The translations under genes and the position numbers were made by a program. Positions 39,570 through 48,637 of a stretch of 64,000 nucleotides of DNA are shown here, one piece after another. The notes below the pieces were generated by a model that searched no databases, was not told where the DNA came from, and saw nothing but the letters and a program-made list of their open reading frames with translations. This DNA comes from a virus: IMG/VR virus record IMGVR_UViG_3300025645_000054, positions 1 through 64,000 of that record, one strand, 5' to 3'. Numbering within the stretch: position 1 is the first letter of the stretch; the number at the start of each line of letters is the position of its first letter.

Positions 39570-39823
39570 GCTGCTATCTCCCCATCGACGAGGACACGCT
39601 GGCCCAGACCGCCGAGGCCCTCGAGATCCTCAACCCCCTCGGTCGCACCTCCGCCCACCACATCCGGGACATGATCCGGGCCAACATGAATGAACGGCCC
39701 GGGACCTACCTCGCCACCGCTGGCTGGATCGCTTTCACATGGTGCCCTGAGAACGACCCCGACAACCTCCAAATCCGGGTCGCGATCGAGCCCTACACCG
39801 CCCTCAAATATCTGAAAGGATAA
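39566..39823 (+). CDS. Hypothetical protein
   Basis: GGAGG RBS; ATGA coupling. Confidence 0.65.
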   Translation: MSCYLPIDEDTLAQTAEALEILNPLGRTSAHHIRDMIRANMNERPGTYLATAGWIAFTWCPENDPDNLQIRVAIEPYTALKYLKG

Positions 39824-39885
39824 ACCATGAACGTCCGCGACCTCATCTGCCAACTCGAGAACCTCGATCCAGAGGTTCTGATCCT

Positions 39886-40161
39886 ATGACCCAGCGCACC
39901 AACAAGATCGGCCAGAACCGTGGCAAGCCGCGGCTCTGGATCGAGGGCAAGTTCCTTCAAGAGGCCGGGTTCATACCCCCGCTCCGATACAATTTTGAAA
40001 ACAACGTCTTTACCCTCCACCCCGAGGGTAAGCGCAAGATCTCTGGCAAGCCCCAGAGACCCATCATCGACATCACCGGCCGGGACGTTCCCGTTGCCAC
40101 AGCTGTCACCCTGACAATCACCAACCCCGGGGAGATTACCCTTCATGTCCACGAAACTTGA
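39886..40161 (+). CDS. SymE/AbrB-like swapped-hairpin protein
   Basis: PRLWIEGKFLQEAGF resembles the SymE core motif. Confidence 0.5.
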   Translation: MTQRTNKIGQNRGKPRLWIEGKFLQEAGFIPPLRYNFENNVFTLHPEGKRKISGKPQRPIIDITGRDVPVATAVTLTITNPGEITLHVHET

Positions 40162-40363
40162 CACGCTGGCCACAGATTGGGGCTACGCCGACGCCCAGCA
40201 CATGGTCGAAGACTATATATTTGACGGGGTCATGCCCGCCATCTGCCAGAACCCTGGTTGTGACTATTCCACGGAAATGGAACCCGATCAGGATCATGGG
40301 TGGTGCGAAAACTGCTCCACCAACACCCTTCAATCCGCCTCAGTCATGATGGGAATAATCTGA
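40145..40363 (+). CDS. Zinc-ribbon hypothetical protein
   Basis: CQNPGC...MEPDQ..GWCENC. Confidence 0.7.
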   Translation: MSTKLDTLATDWGYADAQHMVEDYIFDGVMPAICQNPGCDYSTEMEPDQDHGWCENCSTNTLQSASVMMGII

Positions 40364-40590
40364 TGAAAACTGTCCCCGGCCCCTCCCGGGTCCTTCTGGC
40401 CATCTGGTATGATTATGAGCTCGAGGTCCTGTCCTGCAAGACCGAGAAGGAAGCCATGGCCAGGATTTCCGAAGAGATCGAAGTGATCAGCGAGACCGGG
40501 CCACTCCTCTTCACCGAGGACGAGGCCTGGGAATATATCAACGATCATGGGATCCCCCTGAATTTCAAAATGAGAAAGGAGTACGACTGA
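40363..40590 (+). CDS. Hypothetical protein
   Basis: TGATG coupling at both ends. Confidence 0.6.
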   Translation: MKTVPGPSRVLLAIWYDYELEVLSCKTEKEAMARISEEIEVISETGPLLFTEDEAWEYINDHGIPLNFKMRKEYD

Positions 40591-41195
40591 TGCCTATGAT
40601 CCAGCTGCCCTTCCAAGGGTTCTATCACACCACCCACTCCTGGCAGATCGACAACGAGTTTGATCGTGTGTCCACAGATTGGGAGGACATCATGGGCTGT
40701 GACATGCCCCAGTCCCTCGCCGATCTCTTCTTCATCGCCGCGGACTTCGCCGCTGCCTATGCGGAGTATGCTCAGGACTATGTCCAAGCCTTCTGCGAGG
40801 AGTTCTTTGACAGCGACGGCACCTTCGACGGGATGGAGTCCCCGAGGGAATACAATTTTGAAACCGATCGGGTCTTCGCCCAGATCTCCGACGAGACCCT
40901 GAAAAAGATCTGGGACGAGACCAGCGCTGAGCGCCTGAGAAAGGTCGCGGCCCGGAGGCACACTTCCTACGACGGGTTCTCCTCGTTCTACTCCTCCGAC
41001 ACCTCCACCTGGGGCCCCTACCAAGAGTGGGACCACAACCAACTGATGACCCTGCTACTGGCATGGTTACCAGAAGACTTTGATGAGATGTGCCTCGTCG
41101 AAGATTTTGAATGCCAAACCCTCTGGAACAAGCCCGAGGCCAACCGGCCTTGGAAGATCTGGAATTACCTGACCTATGAAAGGAAGAACCGATGA
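40590..41195 (+). CDS. Acidic conserved phage protein
   Basis: PFQGFY, SPREYNFETDR and TSYDGFSSFY motifs; AAGGAG RBS. Confidence 0.8.
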   Translation: MPMIQLPFQGFYHTTHSWQIDNEFDRVSTDWEDIMGCDMPQSLADLFFIAADFAAAYAEYAQDYVQAFCEEFFDSDGTFDGMESPREYNFETDRVFAQISDETLKKIWDETSAERLRKVAARRHTSYDGFSSFYSSDTSTWGPYQEWDHNQLMTLLLAWLPEDFDEMCLVEDFECQTLWNKPEANRPWKIWNYLTYERKNR

Positions 41196-41605
41196 ACATC
41201 GAAGAAATTCAAACCACACTTGCCCAACTGGTCGTGCAGATGACCGAAAAGGGGGTCCTCACGCCCAGCACAGAACTGGACATAAAAGACAGCGGCCGGT
41301 TTTCAGTCTACCTGACGGCAAAATACAACTCGGAGGCCTTTGGCCAAGATGGCAACAGCAAATTTCTACATGGGGATACCGCTCCCGAGGCGTTTGCGAA
41401 TGCCTACGCCTACATCCAGGCACTACCCTCCCCCGAAGAAGCACAGACCCGGGAGTTCCTCAAGAGGGTCGCCAACGCGATCGACTTTGCCACGGACCAC
41501 AGCATTGCAGATGAATACGTCACCCCTCTGCGCAGCGTCACCTGTGCCATGACCGAAAACCTCCTGCCGGCACCGGAGATTGCTATGCAATCGAAGAATA
41601 TATGA
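41192..41605 (+). CDS. Hypothetical protein
   Basis: ATGA coupling. Confidence 0.75.
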   Translation: MNIEEIQTTLAQLVVQMTEKGVLTPSTELDIKDSGRFSVYLTAKYNSEAFGQDGNSKFLHGDTAPEAFANAYAYIQALPSPEEAQTREFLKRVANAIDFATDHSIADEYVTPLRSVTCAMTENLLPAPEIAMQSKNI

Positions 41606-41612
41606 CTTTCAG

Positions 41613-41633
41613 AATTGCGTAACTTGCGCAATT
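41613..41633. promoter_or_regulatory. Operator motif A
   Basis: AATTGCGTAACTTGCGCAATT. Confidence 0.8.
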
Positions 41634-41678
41634 TTAAGCCAACCCCCTAACCCCCCAACCCCCATCCGTGAGGATATC

Positions 41679-42407
41679 ATGAAAATCATCGTCAAGTATT
41701 ACGGCCCGGTCACCGTCACCGACCCGGACTATCCCAAGGATCTCCCCAACAAACACTTCAATGTCTGGGGAGACAACCGGCCCACCTTCGAACAGCAGGG
41801 CACTCATGAATATGAGGTGGACTCCAAGCATCTCTTTGATGATCAGGTGAACACCACCTGCGGCAAACGGATCCACGACTGGGCCGATTACATGTCCCCG
41901 AACCGTCATATGCGCTGGGGCCACTACGTGGTCAACATCGATGAGCTGAACAAGTTCCGCCACCAGTATTTCAAGTGCGGATACTGCGGCAACATGGACC
42001 AGACCGGCGGGTGGTGCCAAAAGTGCCGAGGGTCTGAATTCCTGACCCCCGACGTCCACCACCTGCTCCACATGGTGCGCCTTGGGGACAAGCGTGAGAA
42101 ACTTCCCATCCCCGACGACGTCCTCGGGACCATCCACCACGATCAGAAGGCGACGGATGCCCGGAAGCTGAAGCGTAAGCGCCTCCAAATCTTGGCCGAG
42201 ATTGAGAAGAAGGAGACGGATCTCCTCTTCCACGACATTGTCATCAAACGGGGCCTGACCTTTGCCCAGATCAGCAACTGCATCCACTATAGCCACAAGG
42301 ACAAGTTCTGTTTCGGATGGAAAACCCCGGTCTCCGTCGAGGAAGCCGACATCATCGCCAAGGCCATGGAGGGGACTCCGTTTGAGCTGGAGTTCGTCAC
42401 CGTATGA
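41679..42407 (+). CDS. Zn-finger-containing hypothetical protein
   Basis: CGYCG...CQKC; GAGGA RBS. Confidence 0.75.
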   Translation: MKIIVKYYGPVTVTDPDYPKDLPNKHFNVWGDNRPTFEQQGTHEYEVDSKHLFDDQVNTTCGKRIHDWADYMSPNRHMRWGHYVVNIDELNKFRHQYFKCGYCGNMDQTGGWCQKCRGSEFLTPDVHHLLHMVRLGDKREKLPIPDDVLGTIHHDQKATDARKLKRKRLQILAEIEKKETDLLFHDIVIKRGLTFAQISNCIHYSHKDKFCFGWKTPVSVEEADIIAKAMEGTPFELEFVTV

Positions 42408-42504
42408 GTATGACCTGCGACGACCCCTGCGACGACGTATCAAAGGATGTCCAGAAATGGACATCCCCTCCCCCCCCCCCCCAACCCCAATCCGAAAGGA
42501 ACAC

Positions 42505-43098
42505 ATGATGGGATGGACCACCCTTTACGATCGCCCTGATGACCCTAAGGCTTATTTGGCCCGAAATCTAACATGGGAAACAGAAAATTTCTATGCCGCC
42601 CCACTGGCAATTCGAAATGTTGGCAGCACCTACTATGCCGCCACCAAAATGCAACCCAAGCCGGATAAAAAGCTCTCCAATTCTATGAAGAGCAATTACG
42701 TACTGGCCTCAGATGGGTCCGTCGTCTTTGCCGTAGTATACCTCACCTCCGTCAAAAACGGTGAGTTCAGCTACAAAGACATGACCGAGGACATGGGTCC
42801 TAACGAGAGCAAGGCCCCGCCCCTGATCCTTAACCTTCTGTCACCCCTCACGGACCCCCTATGTTATGCCGCCGAGTGGCGGGCTAGGTGCCGGGTATAC
42901 TCCAAGCGTTTCCGTCCAAAAACTGGGGACAACATCCGGATCAAAGAGGCTTGGGAGCCCTACGGTCGAGATTTTGAAAAGGTAAAGTACTACCGATCTC
43001 GGGGCGTGTACCGATCACACAAGAACCAACAACTGGTTCGTTTGAGCTCCCACCAACTGGCCGAGGCCACTCTAATCAAGGATATGAACCCCCGATGA
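42505..43098 (+). CDS. DUF6927-like protein
   Basis: MGWT, GSTYYAA, FSYKDMTEDMGP, EWRARC (family recalled from memory). Confidence 0.65.
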   Translation: MMGWTTLYDRPDDPKAYLARNLTWETENFYAAPLAIRNVGSTYYAATKMQPKPDKKLSNSMKSNYVLASDGSVVFAVVYLTSVKNGEFSYKDMTEDMGPNESKAPPLILNLLSPLTDPLCYAAEWRARCRVYSKRFRPKTGDNIRIKEAWEPYGRDFEKVKYYRSRGVYRSHKNQQLVRLSSHQLAEATLIKDMNPR

Positions 43099-43355
43099 CC
43101 CAGACATATGCCATTAGAACCTCACTGTACTGCAGCCCTTCCTCCCGGGACTTTGAACTGCCTGAGGGCAAAAACTGGGAGGACATCCAGGAGTGGTTCA
43201 TCAAGTGGGACCAGCTGAACTTCACCTACGACGGCACCAACTGGCACAGATTGGATCTCCAGAGCGAGACCAACGACGCCACCGATTGGAAGAGGCCCAT
43301 CAGCGCCACGGTCTATTCAGAAGCCGAAGGCATCATTGAAGAGAAGGATCTTTGA
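43095..43355 (+). CDS. Hypothetical protein
   Basis: ATGA coupling. Confidence 0.65.
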   Translation: MTQTYAIRTSLYCSPSSRDFELPEGKNWEDIQEWFIKWDQLNFTYDGTNWHRLDLQSETNDATDWKRPISATVYSEAEGIIEEKDL

Positions 43356-43356
43356 T

Positions 43357-43608
43357 ATGAAAGCCATCATCCATGTGAACCGCCAAAACATCGCGATGAA
43401 TGCCAAGGACCAAGGTGATCGTCCGGTGTATACCGTCAAGCGTAACGGAACCACTCGTTACGCCCGACAAATTGAGATCCACGGACCAAGCACCTTGGTC
43501 TACGACGGCCGGCAGCTGAGCTGCGGGGCCCGGGCGTGGATAGAAACCCGATCTCCCCTCACCCTGATCGACGAAATGTCGTTCCAAGAATCGCGGAAGA
43601 CAGCATGA
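43357..43608 (+). CDS. Conserved phage hypothetical protein
   Basis: IHVNRQNI...GPS.LVY...LSCGARAWIET. Confidence 0.7.
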   Translation: MKAIIHVNRQNIAMNAKDQGDRPVYTVKRNGTTRYARQIEIHGPSTLVYDGRQLSCGARAWIETRSPLTLIDEMSFQESRKTA

Positions 43609-44066
43609 ACAGTATGCCATCCATCTCTGAAACCCGAGCCCTCGTATTTTTGAAGTTCGACGGGATCAACGACAGCCAAGGGGCCCCCATGGCGCAGCAC
43701 ATGCAACGTGTGGCCATGTCCGTTCCCCCAGATGAGATCACCGTGACCATTGCATGGCTCCATGATCTCGTCGAGGACACCGACGTGACCCTGCAGGATC
43801 TGACCGACACCGGGTATCCCCCAGAGGTCACCGACGCGGTTGCTCTCCTGACCCACGACAAGAAGACCCACAGCTATCCTGAGTACATCGATCGGCTGAT
43901 CGCCTCAGGGAACCAACGGGCCATCCAGGTCAAGATTGCTGACCAGCAGGACAACACCAACCCGTCCCGCTGGCTGGGCATGAACCCACACATGGCCCGG
44001 TCCCTGACCAAGAAGTGGCACGGCGTCCTGCCCCGTTTGCTGCAGGCGGTGACCTATGATGCTTGA
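43605..44066 (+). CDS. HD-domain protein, (p)ppGpp hydrolase/Mesh1-like
   Basis: QHMQRVA, AWLHDLVEDT, VALLT, VKIADQQDN. Confidence 0.8.
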   Translation: MNSMPSISETRALVFLKFDGINDSQGAPMAQHMQRVAMSVPPDEITVTIAWLHDLVEDTDVTLQDLTDTGYPPEVTDAVALLTHDKKTHSYPEYIDRLIASGNQRAIQVKIADQQDNTNPSRWLGMNPHMARSLTKKWHGVLPRLLQAVTYDA

Positions 44067-44322
44067 GAACTGGGAGGGCAATCTTCCGATCCTCCTCCTC
44101 GTCGCAGAGGAGGGCGAGACCCCTGAGGCGCGCCGTCAGGCCTTCGACGCCCTCAAGAACATGGCCAAGATCGCGGACCAGTTTGGGAAAAAGCTCTCGA
44201 TTGATGTCTATCCCAAGAAGGTCGTGCTGGCCCCACTTTTTGAGTTCACCGAGGATCTTGAGGAAAACCTCAAGCTGCTGAAGTGGCAATATCCCAGCCT
44301 ACCAGTGAGGTACAGAAAATGA
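44056..44322 (+). CDS. Hypothetical protein
   Basis: Overlaps both neighbours in an operon chain. Confidence 0.6.
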   Translation: MMLENWEGNLPILLLVAEEGETPEARRQAFDALKNMAKIADQFGKKLSIDVYPKKVVLAPLFEFTEDLEENLKLLKWQYPSLPVRYRK

Positions 44323-44861
44323 AACTTGAAACCTTGGCCAAGCGGGTCGCGCAGAAGGCGGGGGCTCCCGAACTGGAAGAGTGCCTTGTGCACCAGAGGG
44401 CCCCCGAGAGTATGGACTGCATGATCTGGACGGGCAAGAAAACCCGCGAGGGTCTGTTTCCCAAGATGGTCCGGGACAGTGACGGCCGGCCGGGGATGGA
44501 ACCAGTCATGGTCCATTCTCGCCCCATGATCCGATACAACAGACGGGAGAACTATGCCGATCGTCTGGTGTTCTCTCTGACCACCGGAAGAGAAATCTTG
44601 AACCGCCGGTTGGAAAAGATCTGCGGGGAACCCCTCTGCGTCAATCCCAACCACTCGATCCTACATGAGCTCCCGGAGGATAGCCCTCCGCCCCCTCCCC
44701 CGCCACCAGAGGAAGAAGACGACTGGTCTGTGGAGGAGGCCGTGGAACTTTTGGAAATCTATCTGACCACCAACCGGCCCCCGATCGACCCAGAGCACCC
44801 GCTGTTACTGGATATTCCCGAAGACATCATGGCCCAAGCCAAAGAACAAATGGGCCAATAA
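44319..44861 (+). CDS. Degenerate HNH-like protein
   Basis: CMIWTG...KICGEPLCVNPNH; poly-Pro linker. Confidence 0.55.
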   Translation: MKLETLAKRVAQKAGAPELEECLVHQRAPESMDCMIWTGKKTREGLFPKMVRDSDGRPGMEPVMVHSRPMIRYNRRENYADRLVFSLTTGREILNRRLEKICGEPLCVNPNHSILHELPEDSPPPPPPPPEEEDDWSVEEAVELLEIYLTTNRPPIDPEHPLLLDIPEDIMAQAKEQMGQ

Positions 44862-44886
44862 CCACACCGTATCCGAGGAGGATCAC

Positions 44887-45267
44887 ATGCAAGAACAAGA
44901 AGCCGCCACCATCCTTGCCGCCCTGCGCTATTATCAGGAGAACGGTCAGGGGGATCCCGCGAACCGAACCCAGTGGACCCACGACATCGCCACCAACATG
45001 GACCTCGTGGTCTCACTGGACGACGACGGGATCGATGAGCTGTGCGAAAAGCTCAATCAGGAGCCTGAGGTCTCGGTCTTCACCGTCTCACGACTGACCG
45101 ATGCCTATGTCGTCCACACCCAGGAAGTCATCACGGACACAGCCGAGGAAGCGCTCAGGATCTCTCGGCTCTTTCCGGAGCGCTGGGTCTCTTCCCACGT
45201 CTCTGAATTCGATCATCATGACTACACTGTCCACGACGCAGATGGCGACGAGGTGATCGGGATATGA
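44887..45267 (+). CDS. Hypothetical protein
   Basis: ATILAALRYYQ...IDELCEKLN; GGAGG RBS. Confidence 0.75.
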   Translation: MQEQEAATILAALRYYQENGQGDPANRTQWTHDIATNMDLVVSLDDDGIDELCEKLNQEPEVSVFTVSRLTDAYVVHTQEVITDTAEEALRISRLFPERWVSSHVSEFDHHDYTVHDADGDEVIGI

Positions 45268-45563
45268 GCATTCAACTCACCATCGACGAGATGCTGGACG
45301 TCCTCAATCAGGCCGAACACCCCCTGTATTTCCGTCTGAAGCGCGAGACGGAAAACTTGGCCACCCTACTGGCTGAGCGGGTGGCCGAGTCTGTTCCCGA
45401 AATTGAACTATTGGGCTCCGCCACCTTTGAGGGCTGTGCGTTTGGAGGCACCTGTGCCCCGTTCCAACCCAAGGCCATAGGCCCCTACCCTCAAGCCCTG
45501 CTGGGTTTTGAAGAACTGTATTGGAAGGAAATGCAAGATGAAGACCTATCACACACGGATTGA
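45264..45563 (+). CDS. Hypothetical protein
   Basis: GAGGT RBS; ATGA coupling. Confidence 0.65.
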   Translation: MSIQLTIDEMLDVLNQAEHPLYFRLKRETENLATLLAERVAESVPEIELLGSATFEGCAFGGTCAPFQPKAIGPYPQALLGFEELYWKEMQDEDLSHTD

Positions 45564-45792
45564 TCTGAGCACCGACTATGGGGAGCTGGAGGGTATTCCC
45601 GCCACCTTCCTCATCGACGGCGAACTGGCCAGTCTCGACCACATCCAGTTCAACGGACTGGAACTGAACCCCCACGACGCCATCAAGGCCTTCGGGCACC
45701 GGGTCATCAGCCAAGCGGAACTCGAGATCGAGTGCCGTTTCGCAGAAAGAGACTTTGACCGGGACGGCGTACATTTTGAGGACGTAGCATGA
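45538..45792 (+). CDS. Acidic hypothetical protein
   Basis: AAGGA RBS. Confidence 0.6.
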   Translation: MKTYHTRIDLSTDYGELEGIPATFLIDGELASLDHIQFNGLELNPHDAIKAFGHRVISQAELEIECRFAERDFDRDGVHFEDVA

Positions 45793-46370
45793 AACTCTGG
45801 ACAGTAATCGTCAACGACCAATATGGCCCTTCCGTTGAAATCTACAGAACTCAAGTGGAGGCCAACGAGGCCGCTTGGGATTTTGCCGACACCTTTTGGC
45901 AAGAGGAAAAAGGAGGAGACACGCCCGAAGACTGGGAGGACGCCATGGAAATTCTGTGGGAGCAACCTCTGTTCATCGACAGTGTCCATATGGATTGTCA
46001 CGAGGTCATTCCCCCCGAGCCAGAGCGGAACCTGATCGAAGATATCCTTGCCGCCTCCGTCCCCGACCTACGGGATGGGGATCTCGAGGTGGATGAGAAC
46101 ATGGCAGTGGTGTCCCTTGGGGAAGATCCCGGGGCCTATGTCCAGTGCTGGAAATGGGTCGATTTCGAAGACGTCGATCAGGACATGGCCCTGATCCCGC
46201 CAGATGGTCCGGTTTGGTATTTTGATCTCTTCTCGGAGTTCATGATGGCCTACGCCGAGGCCCCTGAAGGTACCATCATGAAGCGGGGCACACCCGAGCT
46301 CCTCGAACAGAGTGGGGGGATGATCCATGACGCCGAGGAGTTCATCCACTGGATGGAGGCGAAGGCATGA
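45789..46370 (+). CDS. Very acidic hypothetical protein
   Basis: GAGGA RBS; D/E-rich. Confidence 0.75.
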   Translation: MKLWTVIVNDQYGPSVEIYRTQVEANEAAWDFADTFWQEEKGGDTPEDWEDAMEILWEQPLFIDSVHMDCHEVIPPEPERNLIEDILAASVPDLRDGDLEVDENMAVVSLGEDPGAYVQCWKWVDFEDVDQDMALIPPDGPVWYFDLFSEFMMAYAEAPEGTIMKRGTPELLEQSGGMIHDAEEFIHWMEAKA

Positions 46371-46666
46371 GCGCTTATCACCAGCTGACCGCAATCATGG
46401 AGGCTCACCCGGACCTTGTTTTCTGCAACGACGGGTACCAGAACCTCCCCGCCGAAATCGTGGAAGCCAACAAGGAGACCATTCAGGAGATTGAAAAAAT
46501 CCTGAAGGAGAAAGTCTGGGGGTTCGTGTCTTTCCAGAATTTCAAACCCCGCAAAGATGGCTCCATGGCTGTGCGATATCAGGCCCGCTACGACGAGAAC
46601 ACAGGCTTCGTGGGGGTGGTGTACACCCCTCTGGCAGAATTTCAGGAGAAAACCAATGACTATTGA
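46367..46666 (+). CDS. Hypothetical protein
   Basis: GGAGG RBS; ATGA coupling. Confidence 0.7.
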   Translation: MSAYHQLTAIMEAHPDLVFCNDGYQNLPAEIVEANKETIQEIEKILKEKVWGFVSFQNFKPRKDGSMAVRYQARYDENTGFVGVVYTPLAEFQEKTNDY

Positions 46667-46988
46667 ACCAAACAATTTCTTTGCCACACCAACAGATATG
46701 GCTGATCTCATGCGACGGCTGAAACTTTACAGCGGCCCAGAGTGCGTGGCCGCATCAATGGGTGCCGGGATGGCCTGGAACCTTGCGGCCAAGGTCTCCA
46801 ACACCCGGCCCCCGGAACTCTGGGCCAACTACCAAGACGATTTCAATTCCATGAGCGACGACGATATCCGCCAAGAAACCCAGGGGGCTCAGCAGCTCAT
46901 TGATGAAAGTGAGCGCTGGGTCGAGGCGGTGGCCATGTGGACCGCAGCCGGTCGTCCTCGCACCTCAGACAAGGAGGAGAGGGCATGA
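46656..46988 (+). CDS. Hypothetical protein
   Basis: AGGAG RBS. Confidence 0.65.
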   Translation: MTIEPNNFFATPTDMADLMRRLKLYSGPECVAASMGAGMAWNLAAKVSNTRPPELWANYQDDFNSMSDDDIRQETQGAQQLIDESERWVEAVAMWTAAGRPRTSDKEERA

Positions 46989-47320
46989 AGAACGACACAG
47001 AAGAACTGTTCCAGAAGTGTCAAGAGGCCCGGTCAAAGTTACGGGAAGCAAGGCAGTTTCTGACCCAAGAGAATGACAAATACCGTGAGGCACTGATCCG
47101 AGACAGGATCGCTGAACTGGAAGCCGCCGGCATGCCCCTAGGGTCAAAGGTCAGGGCGTATCACGGGGAATTCTTTCAGGGTGAATACTTAATCCAAAGC
47201 GTTTCGGTCCCTTTGGGTAAGGCCCGCATCCATCTCTGCAAATTCAAGAAAGACGGAACGCCTTATCTCAAGACACCACGCGTCTCGTTCGACCGCCTTG
47301 AGCCAGTACAGGAGACGTAA
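46985..47320 (+). CDS. Hypothetical protein
   Basis: AGGAGG RBS; ATGA coupling. Confidence 0.65.
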   Translation: MKNDTEELFQKCQEARSKLREARQFLTQENDKYREALIRDRIAELEAAGMPLGSKVRAYHGEFFQGEYLIQSVSVPLGKARIHLCKFKKDGTPYLKTPRVSFDRLEPVQET

Positions 47321-47358
47321 CCTAACTTCCCCCCCCCACCCCCATCCGAGAGGATCAC

Positions 47359-48117
47359 ATGAAAACCTATATTATTTACGAGGGGCCCAGCCTCCTCGAT
47401 GGCCAGCCTATTGTGGCACTGGCCCAGATCGGTAGCAACAATACCAAGACTGGCAACCAGCTTCAGACATACATCTTCAGGGCGGACATAGATCCGCTGG
47501 AGGCCAGCAGGAGCGGCGAAGATTTCAGCATCTGTGGCAACTGCACCCTCCGGGGCGTGGCCCACGGCGGCAACGAAGGACAGGCCCGGGACCGGGCCTG
47601 CTACGTGGTCCTGTTTCAAGCCCCCTTGGGCAAGTACCGGGCCTACAAGAGGGGAAGCTATTCCCGGGCCACCGACATCGCTGCGATCGGCCGGGGCAAG
47701 ACCGTCCGCATCGGAAGTTACGGAGACGGTCTGGCGGTCCCCGAGAGAATTTGGGATGAGTTGTGCAGCGAGGCCAATGGCCACACAGCCTATACCCACC
47801 AAAAGAATACCCAACCACACCGGTTTATGACCTCGGTGGAGAGCTTGGGAGAGGCAGAACAAGCATGGGACCGCGGAGAACGCACTTTCCGCGTTGTCAA
47901 ATCAGTCGAGCAGATGGTCAAAGGAGAAGTGCTGTGCCCCGCTTCGAAAGAGGCAGGCCAGCGTACCACCTGTGTCAGCTGCCAGCTATGTGCTGGCAAC
48001 TCCAAAAAAGGAAAGTCCATTGCCATCGTGGCACATGGAAATGGAGGTAAGAAGCTGCGCCAACGACTGGAGACGACCAATGATCTCACACAAAGTGATG
48101 CTCATAACAGGGTCTAA
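47359..48117 (+). CDS. Cys-rich phage protein, radical-SAM-like/Fe-S candidate
   Basis: YEGPSLLDG, NTKTG, ICGNC...CYV, RIGSYGD, YTH, CPAS..CxxCxLC, HG. Confidence 0.6.
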   Translation: MKTYIIYEGPSLLDGQPIVALAQIGSNNTKTGNQLQTYIFRADIDPLEASRSGEDFSICGNCTLRGVAHGGNEGQARDRACYVVLFQAPLGKYRAYKRGSYSRATDIAAIGRGKTVRIGSYGDGLAVPERIWDELCSEANGHTAYTHQKNTQPHRFMTSVESLGEAEQAWDRGERTFRVVKSVEQMVKGEVLCPASKEAGQRTTCVSCQLCAGNSKKGKSIAIVAHGNGGKKLRQRLETTNDLTQSDAHNRV

Positions 48118-48307
48118 GGCCCAAGATGCATTCAATGAGGGAGAGAGAAACCCCAATAAATTATTGGACCTAGGCTACTGCCAAGTGTTCTCATTCCGAA
48201 CGAGGGATGAGAAAGTCGCGTTCATAGAAGGCCTTAGGATAGGATCCAAAACAGTCAACCCTTGGCTATTTGATCTTTCCGAGTCCGTTCTCTTTCGCGA
48301 TACCTGA
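48080..48307 (+). CDS. Hypothetical protein
   Basis: GGAG RBS; FRTRDEKVAFIEG. Confidence 0.55.
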   Translation: MISHKVMLITGSKAQDAFNEGERNPNKLLDLGYCQVFSFRTRDEKVAFIEGLRIGSKTVNPWLFDLSESVLFRDT

Positions 48308-48622
48308 CCGACGAGTGGAATAATTTGAGGGCACAAACGGATAATCTTCCGGGAGCCCCCAGCGTTCTATGTACTGCTCGTCGGTCATACCGTGGTGAGT
48401 TTTGAGATACCGGCGCAGGAGTTTCACTTCTGCCCCGTCCTCAAGGCACACCAGATAGTCATCGTGGACCGACTCCTCGATCGGCACCGCCGGTACCAGA
48501 ACCGGATCCCTCAGATTTTCGAGAGCCTCTTTGATAGCCACAAGGGTGTCAGGGAGTTTTTCGAGGGGAACTTTGTTGTTGGCCAGATAGGCTGCAGCCA
48601 GAGTAATGATGTCGCGGTTCAT
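48266..48622 (-). CDS. mucR: Ros/MucR-family transcriptional regulator
   Basis: AYLANN, PAVPIEESVHDDYLVCLEDG, GMT..QY..RWGLP.DYP, RRS.IAK..GLG; GGAGG RBS. Confidence 0.92.
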   Translation of the reverse strand: MNRDIITLAAAYLANNKVPLEKLPDTLVAIKEALENLRDPVLVPAVPIEESVHDDYLVCLEDGAEVKLLRRYLKTHHGMTDEQYIERWGLPEDYPFVPSNYSTRRSGIAKENGLGKIK

Positions 48623-48637
48623 AATACCTCCCAAGAG

